The position numbers were made by a program, and so were the translations under genes. From an uncultured delta proteobacterium (GTDB taxonomy: Bacteria; Desulfobacterota; Desulfomonilia; UBA1062): 64,000 bases of DNA. The notes beneath the pieces are model-generated. The model had not been told where the DNA came from. It searched no databases and saw only the letters and a program-made list of their open reading frames with translations. The stretch spans positions 160,001 to 224,000 of the forward strand of contig CAVVYZ010000013.1 of NCBI GenBank assembly GCA_963752595.1. Direction: 5' to 3'. Below are positions 51,991-62,608 of this stretch, in pieces. Each line of letters begins with the position of its first letter. Position 1 is the stretch's first letter.

Positions 51991-52383
51991 TCAGTATCCG
52001 TAAGCTGCATTTTCCTGCAGCGGATCGGCTGTTGTTCCTGAAATGAACCGCCTCAGCCGCTCCAGGGAAAAAGGCTTTTCAAAAACACTTACCGGATATT
52101 TTTTTTCCTCCTCCAGGAGGGGCGCCTGGAAAGGGCTGATATCCCCGGTCATGTAAATGGTCTGTATCATCGGATCATGGGTCCTGATGCACTTCATCAT
52201 TTCCAAACCGTTTTTCCCGGGCATTTGGATATCGGTAATAACAAGATCGGGCTCAAAGAGAAGATAGGCCGAATACCCATCGATGCCGTCCTTCGCGGTC
52301 ATGACTTCGCAGCCTTCATGCTCCAGTACCTCCTGAAGCGTGGAAGCCAGAAGGTGATTGTCATCAACGACCAATACTTTCAT
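51991..52383 (-). CDS. Single-domain response regulator (receiver)
   Basis: VLVVDD, DLVITDIQMP..NG, MTG, EKPF; ATG at 52383. Confidence 0.9.
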   Translation of the reverse strand: MKVLVVDDNHLLASTLQEVLEHEGCEVMTAKDGIDGYSAYLLFEPDLVITDIQMPGKNGLEMMKCIRTHDPMIQTIYMTGDISPFQAPLLEEEKKYPVSVFEKPFSLERLRRFISGTTADPLQENAAYGY

Positions 52384-52589
52384 GATTTTTTCTCCTTCCG
52401 CAGATTCCGGCATTTACCCGTGAGGAAAGGACATGCCACGCGCCGTGGATGATCGAAGCGCTCGGCCAGAGAATGAAAGGGCATCTTTCCCCAATGACGG
52501 TTTTGCCGGGAATCCGGTTTCTGCTTCATTTGATAGACACTATGGTAAGGATGGAGAAGAAATACAATGATGATAAATTGTTAGACAAT

Positions 52590-52608
52590 TGGTAGGGGAT
52601 AACTACCA
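52590..52608. promoter_or_regulatory. Inverted repeat TGGTAG-N7-CTACCA, possible regulator site
   Basis: Perfect 6-bp arms in an AT-rich divergent intergenic region. Confidence 0.35.
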
Positions 52609-52741
52609 GGCGGCTCATCCCGGTGAGAGCGCATTCGGAGCCAACCGTTCCTTAGATAAAGCAAAACCGTCTGCCGGAACGGTCATCCCCAGGCTCAGGA
52701 AAAAGAGTGGTTGAAGCTAAACAGGTTGGGATAATATTTCC

Positions 52742-52770
52742 TTGACACGAAAGACACCGTTTCGTACCAT
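52742..52770 (+). promoter_or_regulatory. Sigma70-type promoter
   Basis: TTGACA-N17-TACCAT, 77 nt upstream of the ATG at 52848. Confidence 0.6.
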
Positions 52771-52847
52771 CAACATACTCATAAAGGCGTTCTTGTCAAT
52801 CCAATTACCTCTCAATGCCATTATAGGCTTTCGATGGAGGTTCCCTC

Positions 52848-53684
52848 ATGGACACACGACCAAAAACACCCGTCAAGAAGGTCCTGATCATCACCCTGAT
52901 CATCGTTTTGGGATTGGCGGCATACGTATATTGGAGCCGGGGAAGGGACGAGTCGCGTCCGGTCGGAGAGACAACCGAAAAGGGAAAAACGGCGGCAGGC
53001 GCAGGCTCCGCCGTCCAAGTCCCGCCCGAGGTGAAAACGCCGGGTGCGGGCCTCACGCCGGCGGCGAACGTTTGCCGGGAGAGCCGGGAAAAGCTGCAGG
53101 GGCTTTTCGCCTACCTCGACCGGCAGGACTATGTCGCGTCCCGTCAATTGAAGGGAGGGACCTCCGAACATTTCAGGGACCTCCTGGACCGTTTGCTCAA
53201 GACGCCGCCGTTCGTGCTGCGGGAGACGGACAGCCTTGTGCAGGTTGTCCAGAACAGGGCGCACTTCTTCCGGGTTTTGGGAAAGAAGGACACCCTGCTG
53301 CTGCGGGAAATGCTCCTGAAGGAAGGCGATATCTTGGAGTCTTCCTTCGCGATTCTCTACCAGGCTTTGACTCTGCAGGAGAAGTGCAAAGCGGACGGCG
53401 CCGCGCTCCATTTACCCCTGCCGGATGTCTACCCCTACGCGGTGTTCTTCCTCAACACCCTGGGCGGCACAGCCTACCTGATGCGACGGGACTCCCGGGC
53501 GAGGATGCTGGCCCAGTACTACTGCATTCTCATCCTCGATCAGGCCAACCAACACGGCCTCAACAAACTGGGGTTCGACATCCGCCCGCCGCTCGAAGCC
53601 CTGAAGCGGGATCTCAAAGACGCGGCAAACCTGACCCGCAAAGAGGAATACATCGAGACCCTGAAGAGCATCAGGGTCAAATGA
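52848..53684 (+). CDS. Membrane-anchored hypothetical protein
   Basis: GGAGG SD, N-terminal TM, helical body; no recognised motif. Confidence 0.75.
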   Translation: MDTRPKTPVKKVLIITLIIVLGLAAYVYWSRGRDESRPVGETTEKGKTAAGAGSAVQVPPEVKTPGAGLTPAANVCRESREKLQGLFAYLDRQDYVASRQLKGGTSEHFRDLLDRLLKTPPFVLRETDSLVQVVQNRAHFFRVLGKKDTLLLREMLLKEGDILESSFAILYQALTLQEKCKADGAALHLPLPDVYPYAVFFLNTLGGTAYLMRRDSRARMLAQYYCILILDQANQHGLNKLGFDIRPPLEALKRDLKDAANLTRKEEYIETLKSIRVK

Positions 53685-53894
53685 CATCACCGGACAAACC
53701 CTCTTTCACTATTTTTGACAGCTGATCCGGCAGATGACGAATCCGCCGGGTCTGAGGCGGCAGGGATAATCTACCATTGTTTTGACCTACCATTTTCCTT
53801 CCGATGGTTCCTTATTGCCTTCCATCGATCGGTTCAGTACGGTTCGCTCAGTTAAGACAATGGGAAATGATCGACTAACCCAAGGGAGGACAAC

Positions 53895-54080
53895 ATGACG
53901 GAAGTAACGGTTGATGACACCTGTATTGCGTGCGGAACCTGTGTGGAAATCTGCCCGGAAGTATTTGAGCTCGAGGGTGATATTGCCTCGGTGAAAAATG
54001 GTGCTGATCTGTCTATGGATGAGAAAATCATCGAGGCAGCGGAAGCATGTCCCGTGGAGGCAATTCATTTTGAAAAGTAA
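53895..54080 (+). CDS. Monocluster ferredoxin
   Basis: CIACGTC...CP plus distal ACPVEAI; acidic, 61 aa; GGGAGGA SD. Confidence 0.93.
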   Translation: MTEVTVDDTCIACGTCVEICPEVFELEGDIASVKNGADLSMDEKIIEAAEACPVEAIHFEK

Positions 54081-54109
54081 GCATGTATACAAAACCCGTC
54101 CCGCCTGTG

Positions 54110-56457
54110 TTACGGCTCCTGGAATTGGTGGGTGTCCACCCATTCCTGCTTGAGGACCGTCCACCAGTCGATGGCGAGGTGGTGCAGGACATACTCGTAA
54201 GGTAGCCAGCCGTAGCCTCCCTCTCCCCACCCCCTGCCCCAGGAATTCCGGATCAGGACAGCCCCTTTCGTTTCCAGATCCGAGAAGGGGTGGCGGATGA
54301 CGAGATTGTCGTCGTAGCCCACGGCGGCGACGGCGTGTCCCCCTTCGCGACGGTCGGTCTTGACGGGGAAGGGGATCTGTCCCGTCTTCGCCGCGCTGCC
54401 GATGGAGCCGAACACCGTAAATCCGAACATCGCGGGGACGCCCCGATACAGATTCATCTTGATCTGCCTAAGCAGCTCCGGGCGGGTCGTCCGGGCGGCG
54501 TCCAGGCGAAAATAGGTCAGTGTCTGGTAGCTCTGGGCGAAGGAGTAGCAGAAGGCCGAAGGCTCCACGTCCACGTTGGCCTGATCGTAGGGGAAGTACT
54601 CCTCCGGGGGAACGCCAAATAGAACCATCGCTTCCATCGTCGTACGCAGGTAGGCCCCCGTGTCGCCCGTCCAATTGAGGAGGTTGCGGGTTGCCTTGTA
54701 GAGAAAGAGCCGCGAGATATCGATATAGCTTCCGAAGGCCCGCCGTTCGTAGTATTCGATCAGGGCCGCCGCCGCATGGGCCGTGCAGGCGCCGAGCTCT
54801 CCCTGGTCTTCGACCGGTGAGCACCACCGCCGCAGATCGACGGATACCGGCAAAGCCGAAGCCGCCGCAACCCCTTCCTTAATTGCGTTCGCATGCCCTT
54901 TGGCATTGCCGCTTCCACCGATCTGCCCCATCATGCCCTTCACGGTCTGTTGGCGGTTCAGGCGTTGGAGATGCCGGGGGACGATGTCCGTTTCCATGGT
55001 GTGGTCCCGATGGTCGGGGAGATCGGGAAGCCAGCCGAGCCTGCGGCGCAGCTTCTCCTCGGCGGCGGGGGTCACAACGGCGGTGGGGCGCTCCGGCCGG
55101 ATGCGAAGCGTTTCCGGGAGGATCGGCTGGAGGAATTTCCGCGTATTGACCGTCATCAGTGTCTCCAGATCGGCGGTGCCGAAGAGATCCCGAAAGGCGG
55201 CGAAATACCCCTCCAGACTCAGCACCTTCGTCAGGGACGAAACAACGAAATCCGTCCCGAAGAGCAGTCGATCCCGGATGATCCCGCCCCGGCTCCAGAT
55301 CTCCCACGACTCCGTCGGTTCTCGGCGTCCGTATAGCAGGCCAGGTCGGCAAAGACGCTCGGATAGCCGGTCATCAGCTCCAGGATCTGCCGGGTCCACT
55401 CCGGATCGCCGTTGCCGAAGTGGGCGAAATCGAGGCGGAGGGTGGGATGTTTCTCCAGAACCGCCTGCCAATGACTGGGGGTTGCATAGCCGGCATATTC
55501 CCAGTCCGACCCGGGCGGGAAGCCTCCGGCGCTCGTGTGGACGGTGATGGGGATCTGGTTTGCGTCACAGTAGCGGTACAGTTCATCCGGAACATTCTCG
55601 GGCAGGTATCCGAGCCTGGTATAGAGCTTGACGCCGAAGAACGGTCCCCGGGGGGTGACCAGGGGCCTGCCGTCGTTTAATTCGGGGATCCCGCGGACGG
55701 CCATATCGACCACGCCGCGCCGGCGGGGATCGACGGCGAAGAAGGGAAACACCGATCCCGTCCGCCTTTCCTGAAGTCCGATCAGGGCCTCGATCTGGTT
55801 CTTGAAGCCCCGCGATATCTCCCGTCCGGAGGTGAGGCCTCTCATGACGCCTTTCTCCGTCTTCTTGCTTCTCGCCTCCCGGAAGATCCGGTCGATCTCC
55901 GCTGCCGAGACAGCTGCCGCCCGTTCGGCTTTCAGGGAAACGTAGACTCCCGCGGGGCGGCCTTTCGCCTTGGGTGCCCCTCTCTTTGCGGCCAGGGCGG
56001 TGATCCGTTCCCGGAACCGCTCGAAGGCCGCTTCGCTGGCTTCCCTCTCTTCGGTATCGCGCAGGCGTTTTCTCCCCCTCATCGACCGCCCTGTTTTCAC
56101 TTCCTGCACAGGCCCGCCGGCGGGAGGTCCGAACATATAGTATATATCCATCATCAGGGGCGCGACGACCAATTCCTCTCCTGGGGGAAGGTTCAGTCCC
56201 TTGCGGCAGGCCTCCGCAAGGCTTTGGTAGTTCGCTTCATAGCTGCTCACGGCGGCGCCGAGGTCGAAGAACCACTTGACGATATCCTCCAGACGGCTCC
56301 AGGAGAACAGCGATTCGGCTGCCGGCGCGGCCTTGGTAACGGCTTCGGCATGGGGGTAATTGCCGGTGACATAGGCCCATCCCATGGCGGCCGCCTCTTC
56401 GACGACATACCTCGCGCTGAAAAGGTGGCAATGGGCATCGATCGGTTTTTGGGTCAT
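54110..56457 (-). CDS. Apparent fusion: amidohydrolase_2 TIM barrel plus papain-like C1A cysteine protease (one frameshift at ~55315)
   Basis: IDAHCH, PLMMD, PFFAVDPRR, GVKLY, TVHTS, FAHFG, ADLA, then (new frame) LLFGTDF...NTRKFL with no stop into GWLPDLPD.RD, VDLR, DQGELGAC, GGHAV, IRNSWG..WG..GY. AAAGGAG SD at the start. Confidence 0.8.
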
Positions 56458-56584
56458 GACCACTCCTTTCTTTGAATAACCGTAGTTCATACGGAAGTCG
56501 CGTAAAGATAGCGGTGCTGCTGTTAGGAGGATAGCATTGTAAAGAAGAGGTATTTACAGTCAGGAGAGGAACTCCCTGTCAGGT

Positions 56585-56613
56585 ATGATAGAGGGGACGG
56601 GGAAGAAAATCAA
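56585..56613 (-). promoter_or_regulatory. Sigma70-type promoter for the fusion gene
   Basis: Minus strand TTGATT-N17-TATCAT; a TGTAAA-N9-TTTACA inverted repeat (56538-56558) lies just downstream. Confidence 0.45.
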
Positions 56614-56678
56614 GCCGAAACATTGATAATACGCACCTCATCGCCCTGTCCAGTTTTACGGAGAGGTATATGGGCTGT

Positions 56679-57437
56679 TCAGACATCCATCAGCAGCTTC
56701 ACCACCATGATCAAGACTACTCCAATGAAGATTCGCTTGATCCAGACGTTTCCGATCCGGTCGGAATATTGGGCGCTCACGTACGAACCGATGCAGGAAC
56801 CGGCAAACATGACCAAGGCCAGTGGAAGATGGATGGCGCCGTGATAGGCATAGGTAGCCGCCGAAGTAACGCTCATCATGATCCCGGCAACCTTGGTATT
56901 GGCGGCGCTTTCCAGAAAGGTCTGACGAAAGACGAGAATCATGATGTAGGACATGAACGTCCCCATTCCGGCGCCGTAAAAGCCGCCATAGATGCCCAGC
57001 GAGGAGGCTCAAAAAAGCTCCTGAGAACGTATCTTCCGGCGGTTAGGGGGCGTTTCGTCGCCACCGCCACCCCCAACCTCGGATTGGCCACCACGACGAT
57101 CAGCAGGATGACCGTCAGTGCCACGATGAACTTCTTGAGGAGTTCGGGGCTGATCTGAAGTGCGAGGTTAGCCCCGATGAAGCCACCGAGAAGACAGGGA
57201 ATGCCGACGATGAAGGCCAGACGGTAGCGCATCATCCCCTTGCGATGAAAGGAATAAAGGCCTGCGAGCCCGATCCCGGTGGTCCCAAACCGGTCCGTGC
57301 CGATGGCTGTATGGGGAGGAAGGCCCATCAGGATCAGAAGCGGGATGGTGATCAGGCTGCTTCCGCCAACCAGCGTTCCAAAGGTGCTGCAGATCACGCT
57401 GGCGGCAGAAGATGACGATCAGTTGTGTGAGATCCAT
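56679..57437 (-). CDS. TauE/SafE (sulfite exporter) family membrane protein, frameshifted
   Basis: GGSSLITIPLL...GLPP..AIGT, GG..GA, GIYGGFYGAG, AANTK, GSY, spread over 3 frames. Confidence 0.8.
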
Positions 57438-57812
57438 CGCTTATCGGGGATACCTTTCCGTCCGTACCGGCGGGCTCAGGGGTGTTCCGGCGTCCAAAAT
57501 AATCAATCTGATTCTGATAAGATATTTTTTTTCGTGAAGAGACATAGGACAAGATGGTCTGGGTGTCAATGAAAAGGATAAAAAATATGGATGCTGATCC
57601 GAAATTTAAGGGTCAGCAGGTGTGAGAGTGGTACAGTCATGCGTAATGCCATGAGAAATTGTGGCGTGCAGGAGAGAGGGTTCATTTATTAATACGCCAG
57701 CTGCTCGTTTATCTTGAAAAACCATGAAAGACAAAGTATTATGGCGACACTGATCGCCATTTTACACATAAAATAACATAGCGGGAAGATTCCCATGAAA
57801 AGAGGCTGTCCA

Positions 57813-59187
57813 ATGAAGCTTACCAAACTGTTCGTTTTGAATTTATTGTTAAGTCTGCTTATGGCGTTGATGATTCTGGGGTGCAGCGGCGAAGCCTCAT
57901 ACTCCATTTCCGGCCAAGTGACCTGCGGCGGTTCAGCGCTTTCGGGCGTGACGATGACCCTGACCGGCACAGAGGGAAGGACAGTGACCACGGATACGAA
58001 CGGAAATTATTCCTTCGGCGAGATGCCAATCGGCAACTATACCCTGACTCCCTCTTTGACGGGCTACACCTTTCTCCCGTCCAACCGGAACGTCTATCTC
58101 TACGGCATCGATGCAACCTCTTTTAATTTCAGCGCCGTCATCAGGGGCAGGCTCGCCACGGCGGTCCACACCGTTTACGTGAAGAGCGACGGCACGCTCT
58201 GGGGATGGGGAAGCAACAGCAGCGGCCAGCTCGGCAACGGAACGACGATAGATCGCGCCAACCGTCTGCAGGTCACCACCTTGTCTGGCATGAAAGCTGT
58301 CGATGCAGGCGAAGACCACACGGTAGCCCTGCAGAGCGACGGCACAGTCTGGACATGGGGGAACAACAGCAACGGCCAGCTCGGCAACGGAACGACCGTC
58401 AACAGCTCCGTCCCTATCCGGATCACCTCACTATCGAACGTGATCGATGTGACTGCGGGCTATAAATTCACGGTAGCCCTGAAGAGCGACGGGACAGTCT
58501 GGACATGGGGGAACAACAGCAACGGCCAGCTCGGCAACGGAACGACCGCCAACAGTTCCATCCCTGTACAGGTCACCGGTCTGTCCACAGCGGCTAACGG
58601 CTGTCTCGGCAGGTTATGACCATGTCCTTTCCCTGCAGAGCGACGGGACAGTCTGGACATGGGGCAACAACAGCAGCGGTCAGCTCGGCAATGGAACGAC
58701 CACCGACAGCTCCGTCCCCGTACAGATTACCGGTCTGACATCCGTGAGTGCCGTCGCGGCGGGCAATGACTTCAGCCTGGCCCTGAGGTACACGGACTTG
58801 ACGGTCTGGGCCTGCGGAAGCAATGTCTTCGGTCAACTCGGCAACGGAACGACCACTGACAGCCCCACTATTGTAAACGTCTCCGGATTGACCACCGCAG
58901 TGACCATCGCGGCAGGCCATGATCATGCGGTTGCCCTGAAGAGCGACGGCACGGTCTGGACTTGGGGTGACAACAGCAACGGTCAACTCGGCAACGGCAC
59001 GACGACCGGCAGCACCACCCCCATGCAGGCAACCGGCCTGTTGGGCAGTGTGGCGGTTGCGGCAGGGAGGGATGACAGCGCCGTGATGAAGACAGACGGC
59101 ACACTTTGGGCTTGGGGCGACAACAGCAACGGTCAGCTCGGTGACGGAACGACTACGGACAGACTGATTCCCGTGCAGGTACCCTAG
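57813..59187 (+). CDS. Lipoprotein with a carboxypeptidase-regulatory-like domain and a 7-repeat RCC1/BLIP-II beta-propeller; frameshifts at ~58590-58640
   Basis: Lipobox ILGC; SISGQV...TTDTNGNYSF...G.YTL; seven L.SDGTVW.WG.N..GQLG.GTT units. Confidence 0.88.
58178..59160 (+). repeat. ~150-bp tandem coding repeats (RCC1 blades)
   Basis: Near-identical DNA at 58319-58400 and 58469-58550 (…gagcgacgg.acagtctggacatgggggaacaacagcaacggccagctcggcaacggaacgacc…), with more diverged copies on either side. Confidence 0.85.
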
Positions 59188-59249
59188 CCAGGAAGTCCGC
59201 AATGGTCTTCCCTTCCGCCAGCTCTCTACTCTGCTGAGTTGTCGTTTCG

Positions 59250-59451
59250 GCATCAGAACGGCATCTGCTACGATGACAACATCGACGGCTTCACCGCGTT
59301 TTAACCGATTCGGTATGGAGTTCTCTCCCGTTCCTATGGAAGTTGCGGCCGTGACAATTTTTTTCTTGGTAAGAAGTTCTAACAGTGGAATGAGTTCAAG
59401 ATGCGCCGCAGTAAAGGCCCCTGAGGTCATAACCTTGATGTCATGCGTCAT
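59250..59451 (-). pseudogene. Truncated ModA-like (SBP_bac_11) substrate-binding protein fragment
   Basis: IKVMTSGAFTAA.LELIP...SIPNRLKRGEAVDVVIVAD; similarity stops after ~66 aa; lower GC than the flanks. Confidence 0.55.
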
Positions 59452-59556
59452 GGTATTTAAATTAATTATACGGTCCCTTTAAGAAATTGTACAGAAAAGA
59501 AGGGCTATCGAAGAGCCAGCGCAGCTGGAGATGAATAGTAGACTGTGTCCCAAGGG

Positions 59557-61218
59557 TCAGTTGTGTTCCCGTGTCTTGCGGAAGGCGATATCGGGCCACT
59601 CTTCCATGATGAAGCCGAGGCGCCACTCGCTGGCGGCAAGGTAAGTGAGGTGGCCGTCGGCGTCGAGCGCCAGGTTCGCCTGGCACTTCTTCTCAAACTC
59701 GGCGAGGCGTTTCTTGTCGTCGCAGGCGATCCAGCGGGCCGTTGCGTATTCGATCGGCTCGTAGGAGGCGTCCACACCGTATTCGGTCTTCAGGCGGGCC
59801 ATGGTCACGTCGAACTGGAGGACGCCGACCGCTCCCAGGATGTAATCATTGCCCATCAGCGGCCGGAAGACCTGGACCGCCCCTTCTTCCGAGAGCTGGG
59901 CGAGCCCCTTCTGGAGCTGCTTGATCTTGAGCGAATTTTTGGTCCGGACCCGCCGGAAGTGCTCCGGGGCGAAGTTGGGGATCCCGGTGAACTGCAGAGG
60001 TTCCCCCTCGGTGAAGGTGTCGCCGATCTGGATCGTCCCGTGGTTATGGATCCCGATGATGTCGCCGGGCCAGGCCTCCTCCACGTTCGTCCGGTCCTGG
60101 GCCATGAAGATCGTCGCATTGGAAAGGACGATCTCCCTGCCGATCCGGTGGTGGAAGACCTTCATCCCCCGGGTGAACTTCCCCGAACAGATCCGGAAAA
60201 AGGCGATCCGGTCCCGGTGGGCGAGGTCCATGTTCGCCTGGATCTTGAATGTAAAGCCGGAAAAGGTCGTCTCCTGCGGCGAGACCATCCGGGTGGTCGC
60301 GGCCCGCGGGCCGGGTGGCGGGGCCATCTCTACGAAGGCGTCCAGGAGCTCACGGACACCGAAGTTGTTGATTGCGCTACCGAAAAAGACTGGAGTCTGG
60401 TTTCCCTTCAGATACTCTTCATGGGAAAAGGGGCTTGCCGCACCCTCGATCAGGGCGATCTCCTCACGAAGCAGCTCCGCCTGGCTTCCCAAAAGCTCGT
60501 CCAACCGCGTATCTAAGAGATCGGTGATCGTGATCCCCTTCTCCTTCCGGCTGTCCTTCCCCGGTGTGAAGAGATGGAGTGACTTCCGGTAGAGGTTGTA
60601 GACCCCCTTGAAGTCCTTCCCCATGCCGATCGGCCAGGAGAGGGGGGCGCACTCGATCTGGAGCTTGTCCTCGATGTTGGCCAGGACATCCATCGGGTTC
60701 ATCCCGTCCCGGTCCAGTTTGTTGATGAAGGTCATGATCGGCGTGTTGCGCATCCGGCAGACCTCCATGAGCTTCTCCGTCTGGGGCTCGACCCCCTTGC
60801 CGCTGTCGATGACCATCAATGCGCTATCCACGGCGGTGAGGACCCGGTAGGTATCCTCGGAGAAGTCCTGGTGGCCGGGGGTATCCAGGAGGTTGATCTC
60901 GAATTCCCCGTAGTGGAACTTCATGACCGACGTCGTGACGGAGATCCCGCGCTCCTTCTCGATCGCCATCCAGTCGCTCGTCGCATGCCGCCCCGCCTTT
61001 CGGGCCTTGACGGCCCCGGCGAGCTGGATCGCCCCGCCAAAGAGGAGGAGCTTTTCGGTCAAAGTCGTCTTTCCCGCATCCGGATGGCTGATGATGCCGA
61101 AGGTCCGGCGCTGCTCGATCTCCTGCTGCTGCTGCCGGTCCGGTTTGGGGACCTGTGTTTGAATATCCGCCGGCTTCTCTCCGGTTCCGGCCGGTTGACT
61201 CGCCATACTGTTTTCCAT
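59557..61218 (-). CDS. prfC: Peptide chain release factor 3
   Basis: [80 protein letters not shown]. The exact start is uncertain. Confidence 0.97.
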   Translation of the reverse strand: MENSMASQPAGTGEKPADIQTQVPKPDRQQQQEIEQRRTFGIISHPDAGKTTLTEKLLLFGGAIQLAGAVKARKAGRHATSDWMAIEKERGISVTTSVMKFHYGEFEINLLDTPGHQDFSEDTYRVLTAVDSALMVIDSGKGVEPQTEKLMEVCRMRNTPIMTFINKLDRDGMNPMDVLANIEDKLQIECAPLSWPIGMGKDFKGVYNLYRKSLHLFTPGKDSRKEKGITITDLLDTRLDELLGSQAELLREEIALIEGAASPFSHEEYLKGNQTPVFFGSAINNFGVRELLDAFVEMAPPPGPRAATTRMVSPQETTFSGFTFKIQANMDLAHRDRIAFFRICSGKFTRGMKVFHHRIGREIVLSNATIFMAQDRTNVEEAWPGDIIGIHNHGTIQIGDTFTEGEPLQFTGIPNFAPEHFRRVRTKNSLKIKQLQKGLAQLSEEGAVQVFRPLMGNDYILGAVGVLQFDVTMARLKTEYGVDASYEPIEYATARWIACDDKKRLAEFEKKCQANLALDADGHLTYLAASEWRLGFIMEEWPDIAFRKTREHN

Positions 61219-61282
61219 ACCGATACTTCTTTCGCCCGTCGCCCGGTTTTTATCCCAAAGGCGACGCGGCAAGGTGTGCGTT

Positions 61283-61315
61283 AAAAAAAACCCCGACAGC
61301 CTTCGGGCTCCGGGG
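61283..61315 (-). terminator. Intrinsic terminator in the prfC upstream region
   Basis: Minus strand CCCCGGAGCC-CGAA-GGCTGTCGGGG followed by T8. Confidence 0.7.
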
Positions 61316-61422
61316 ACACGATCCTGCCTAAACTGGAGACTTGTTTACCTTATCCGGGGGCGTTTGTCAAGAAAAATCAATCTCCTGTGAAGGGCAAAAC
61401 AGATTGCAAAACATAAAAGCAC

Positions 61423-61451
61423 TTGACAGGCATGAGGCGCCGCTATAGCCT
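61423..61451 (+). promoter_or_regulatory. Sigma70-type promoter for the Ldh_2-cupin operon
   Basis: TTGACA-N17-TAGCCT; AGGAGG SD before 61490. Confidence 0.5.
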
Positions 61452-61489
61452 GCGCATGCTGCTTTTTCATGCATTGAAGGAGGTAAAAT

Positions 61490-62557
61490 ATGGCGATGGA
61501 TCCATCCGCGGCCCCAAAGGTGCTGGCGAGACACGATCTACTCGAGACTTTCTGCAACCAGGTTTTCCGGAAGCTGGGTGTCCCCCGGGAGGAGGCTGAA
61601 ATCACGTCCAGAACTCTGGTGACGGCGAATCTGCGGGGCGTCGATACCCACGGTGTTCTCCGTCTTCCCCTCTATGCGGCCAAGCTGAGGGGAGGTGCCA
61701 TGTCGCCCTCCGTGAATCTCACGATGGAGAAAGAGACGATTGCCACCGCCCTTCTGGACGGGCACGACGGGATGGGTCAGGTGATCAGTCACCGGGCCAT
61801 GGAGATCGCCATTCGCAAGGCCGGGGCAGCCGGTATTTCATACGTGGCCGTTAAACACAGCAACCATTTCGGCGCCGCCGCCTTCTACCCCATGATGGCC
61901 CTGGACCATGATATGATCGGCGTTGCGTTCACCAACGCCTCTCCCCGTCTCGCCCCCACCGGCGGCGTCGAGAAGCTCCTGGGGAACAATCCCTGGTGCG
62001 TTGCGGTGCCTGCCGGAAAGCGACCGCCGATTGTGCTGGACATGGCCAACAGTGTGGTGGCAGCCGGAAAGATCCGTGTCCTCCAGAAGGAGGGAAGACC
62101 GATCCCCGAGGGGTGGGCGCTCACCGAGGACGGCGAGCCGACCACGGATGCCGGGGAAGCCCTCAAAGGGATCCTGCTGGCCATCGGCGGTTACAAAGGT
62201 TACGGCATCACCCTGATGGTGGATCTCCTGACCGGCGTGCTTGCGGATTCCAACTATGGCCCGCGGGTCAAACCAATCGACCAGGATGCAGAGAGAGGCG
62301 GTGTTGCCCACAGCTTCATGGCCATTGCCCTTGCCGCCTTCACCGATGTGGCGGCATTCAAGGCCCGGATGGACGCCTATATCGACGAGATCAAGTCTTC
62401 GAAAAAGGCCAGGGGAAGTGATGTCATCTATGTGCCGGGCGAGCCGGAATACATGCGGGTGCTGGAGAGAATGAAAAAGGGGATCCCGCTGCAGGCCAAA
62501 GTCGCTGCAGAACTGCGCGCCCTCGGGAAGGACCTGGGAATCCCCATAGAGCTCTGA
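61490..62557 (+). CDS. Ldh_2-family oxidoreductase
   Basis: ANLRGVDTHGV.RL, SNHFGAA, GNNP, LDMANS, GGYKGYG, YVPGEPE. Confidence 0.93.
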   Translation: MAMDPSAAPKVLARHDLLETFCNQVFRKLGVPREEAEITSRTLVTANLRGVDTHGVLRLPLYAAKLRGGAMSPSVNLTMEKETIATALLDGHDGMGQVISHRAMEIAIRKAGAAGISYVAVKHSNHFGAAAFYPMMALDHDMIGVAFTNASPRLAPTGGVEKLLGNNPWCVAVPAGKRPPIVLDMANSVVAAGKIRVLQKEGRPIPEGWALTEDGEPTTDAGEALKGILLAIGGYKGYGITLMVDLLTGVLADSNYGPRVKPIDQDAERGGVAHSFMAIALAAFTDVAAFKARMDAYIDEIKSSKKARGSDVIYVPGEPEYMRVLERMKKGIPLQAKVAAELRALGKDLGIPIEL

Positions 62558-62608
62558 CGGATAGCATAGCGCCGCTCAGAGGATTCCTGATTGCAATGGG
62601 AGGCCAAA

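Noticed and set aside
58178-59160. AAC-rich near-identical repeats as a DGR template/variable pair or a CRISPR array
   Set aside because: Differences are not adenine-specific, no reverse transcriptase or cas gene is present, and the repeats are in-frame RCC1 blades.
37896-59187. BLIP-II-like protein as an inhibitor partner of the beta-lactamase-family lipoproteins
   Set aside because: They are 16 kb apart with unrelated genes between, and RCC1 repeats are generic; no supporting evidence.
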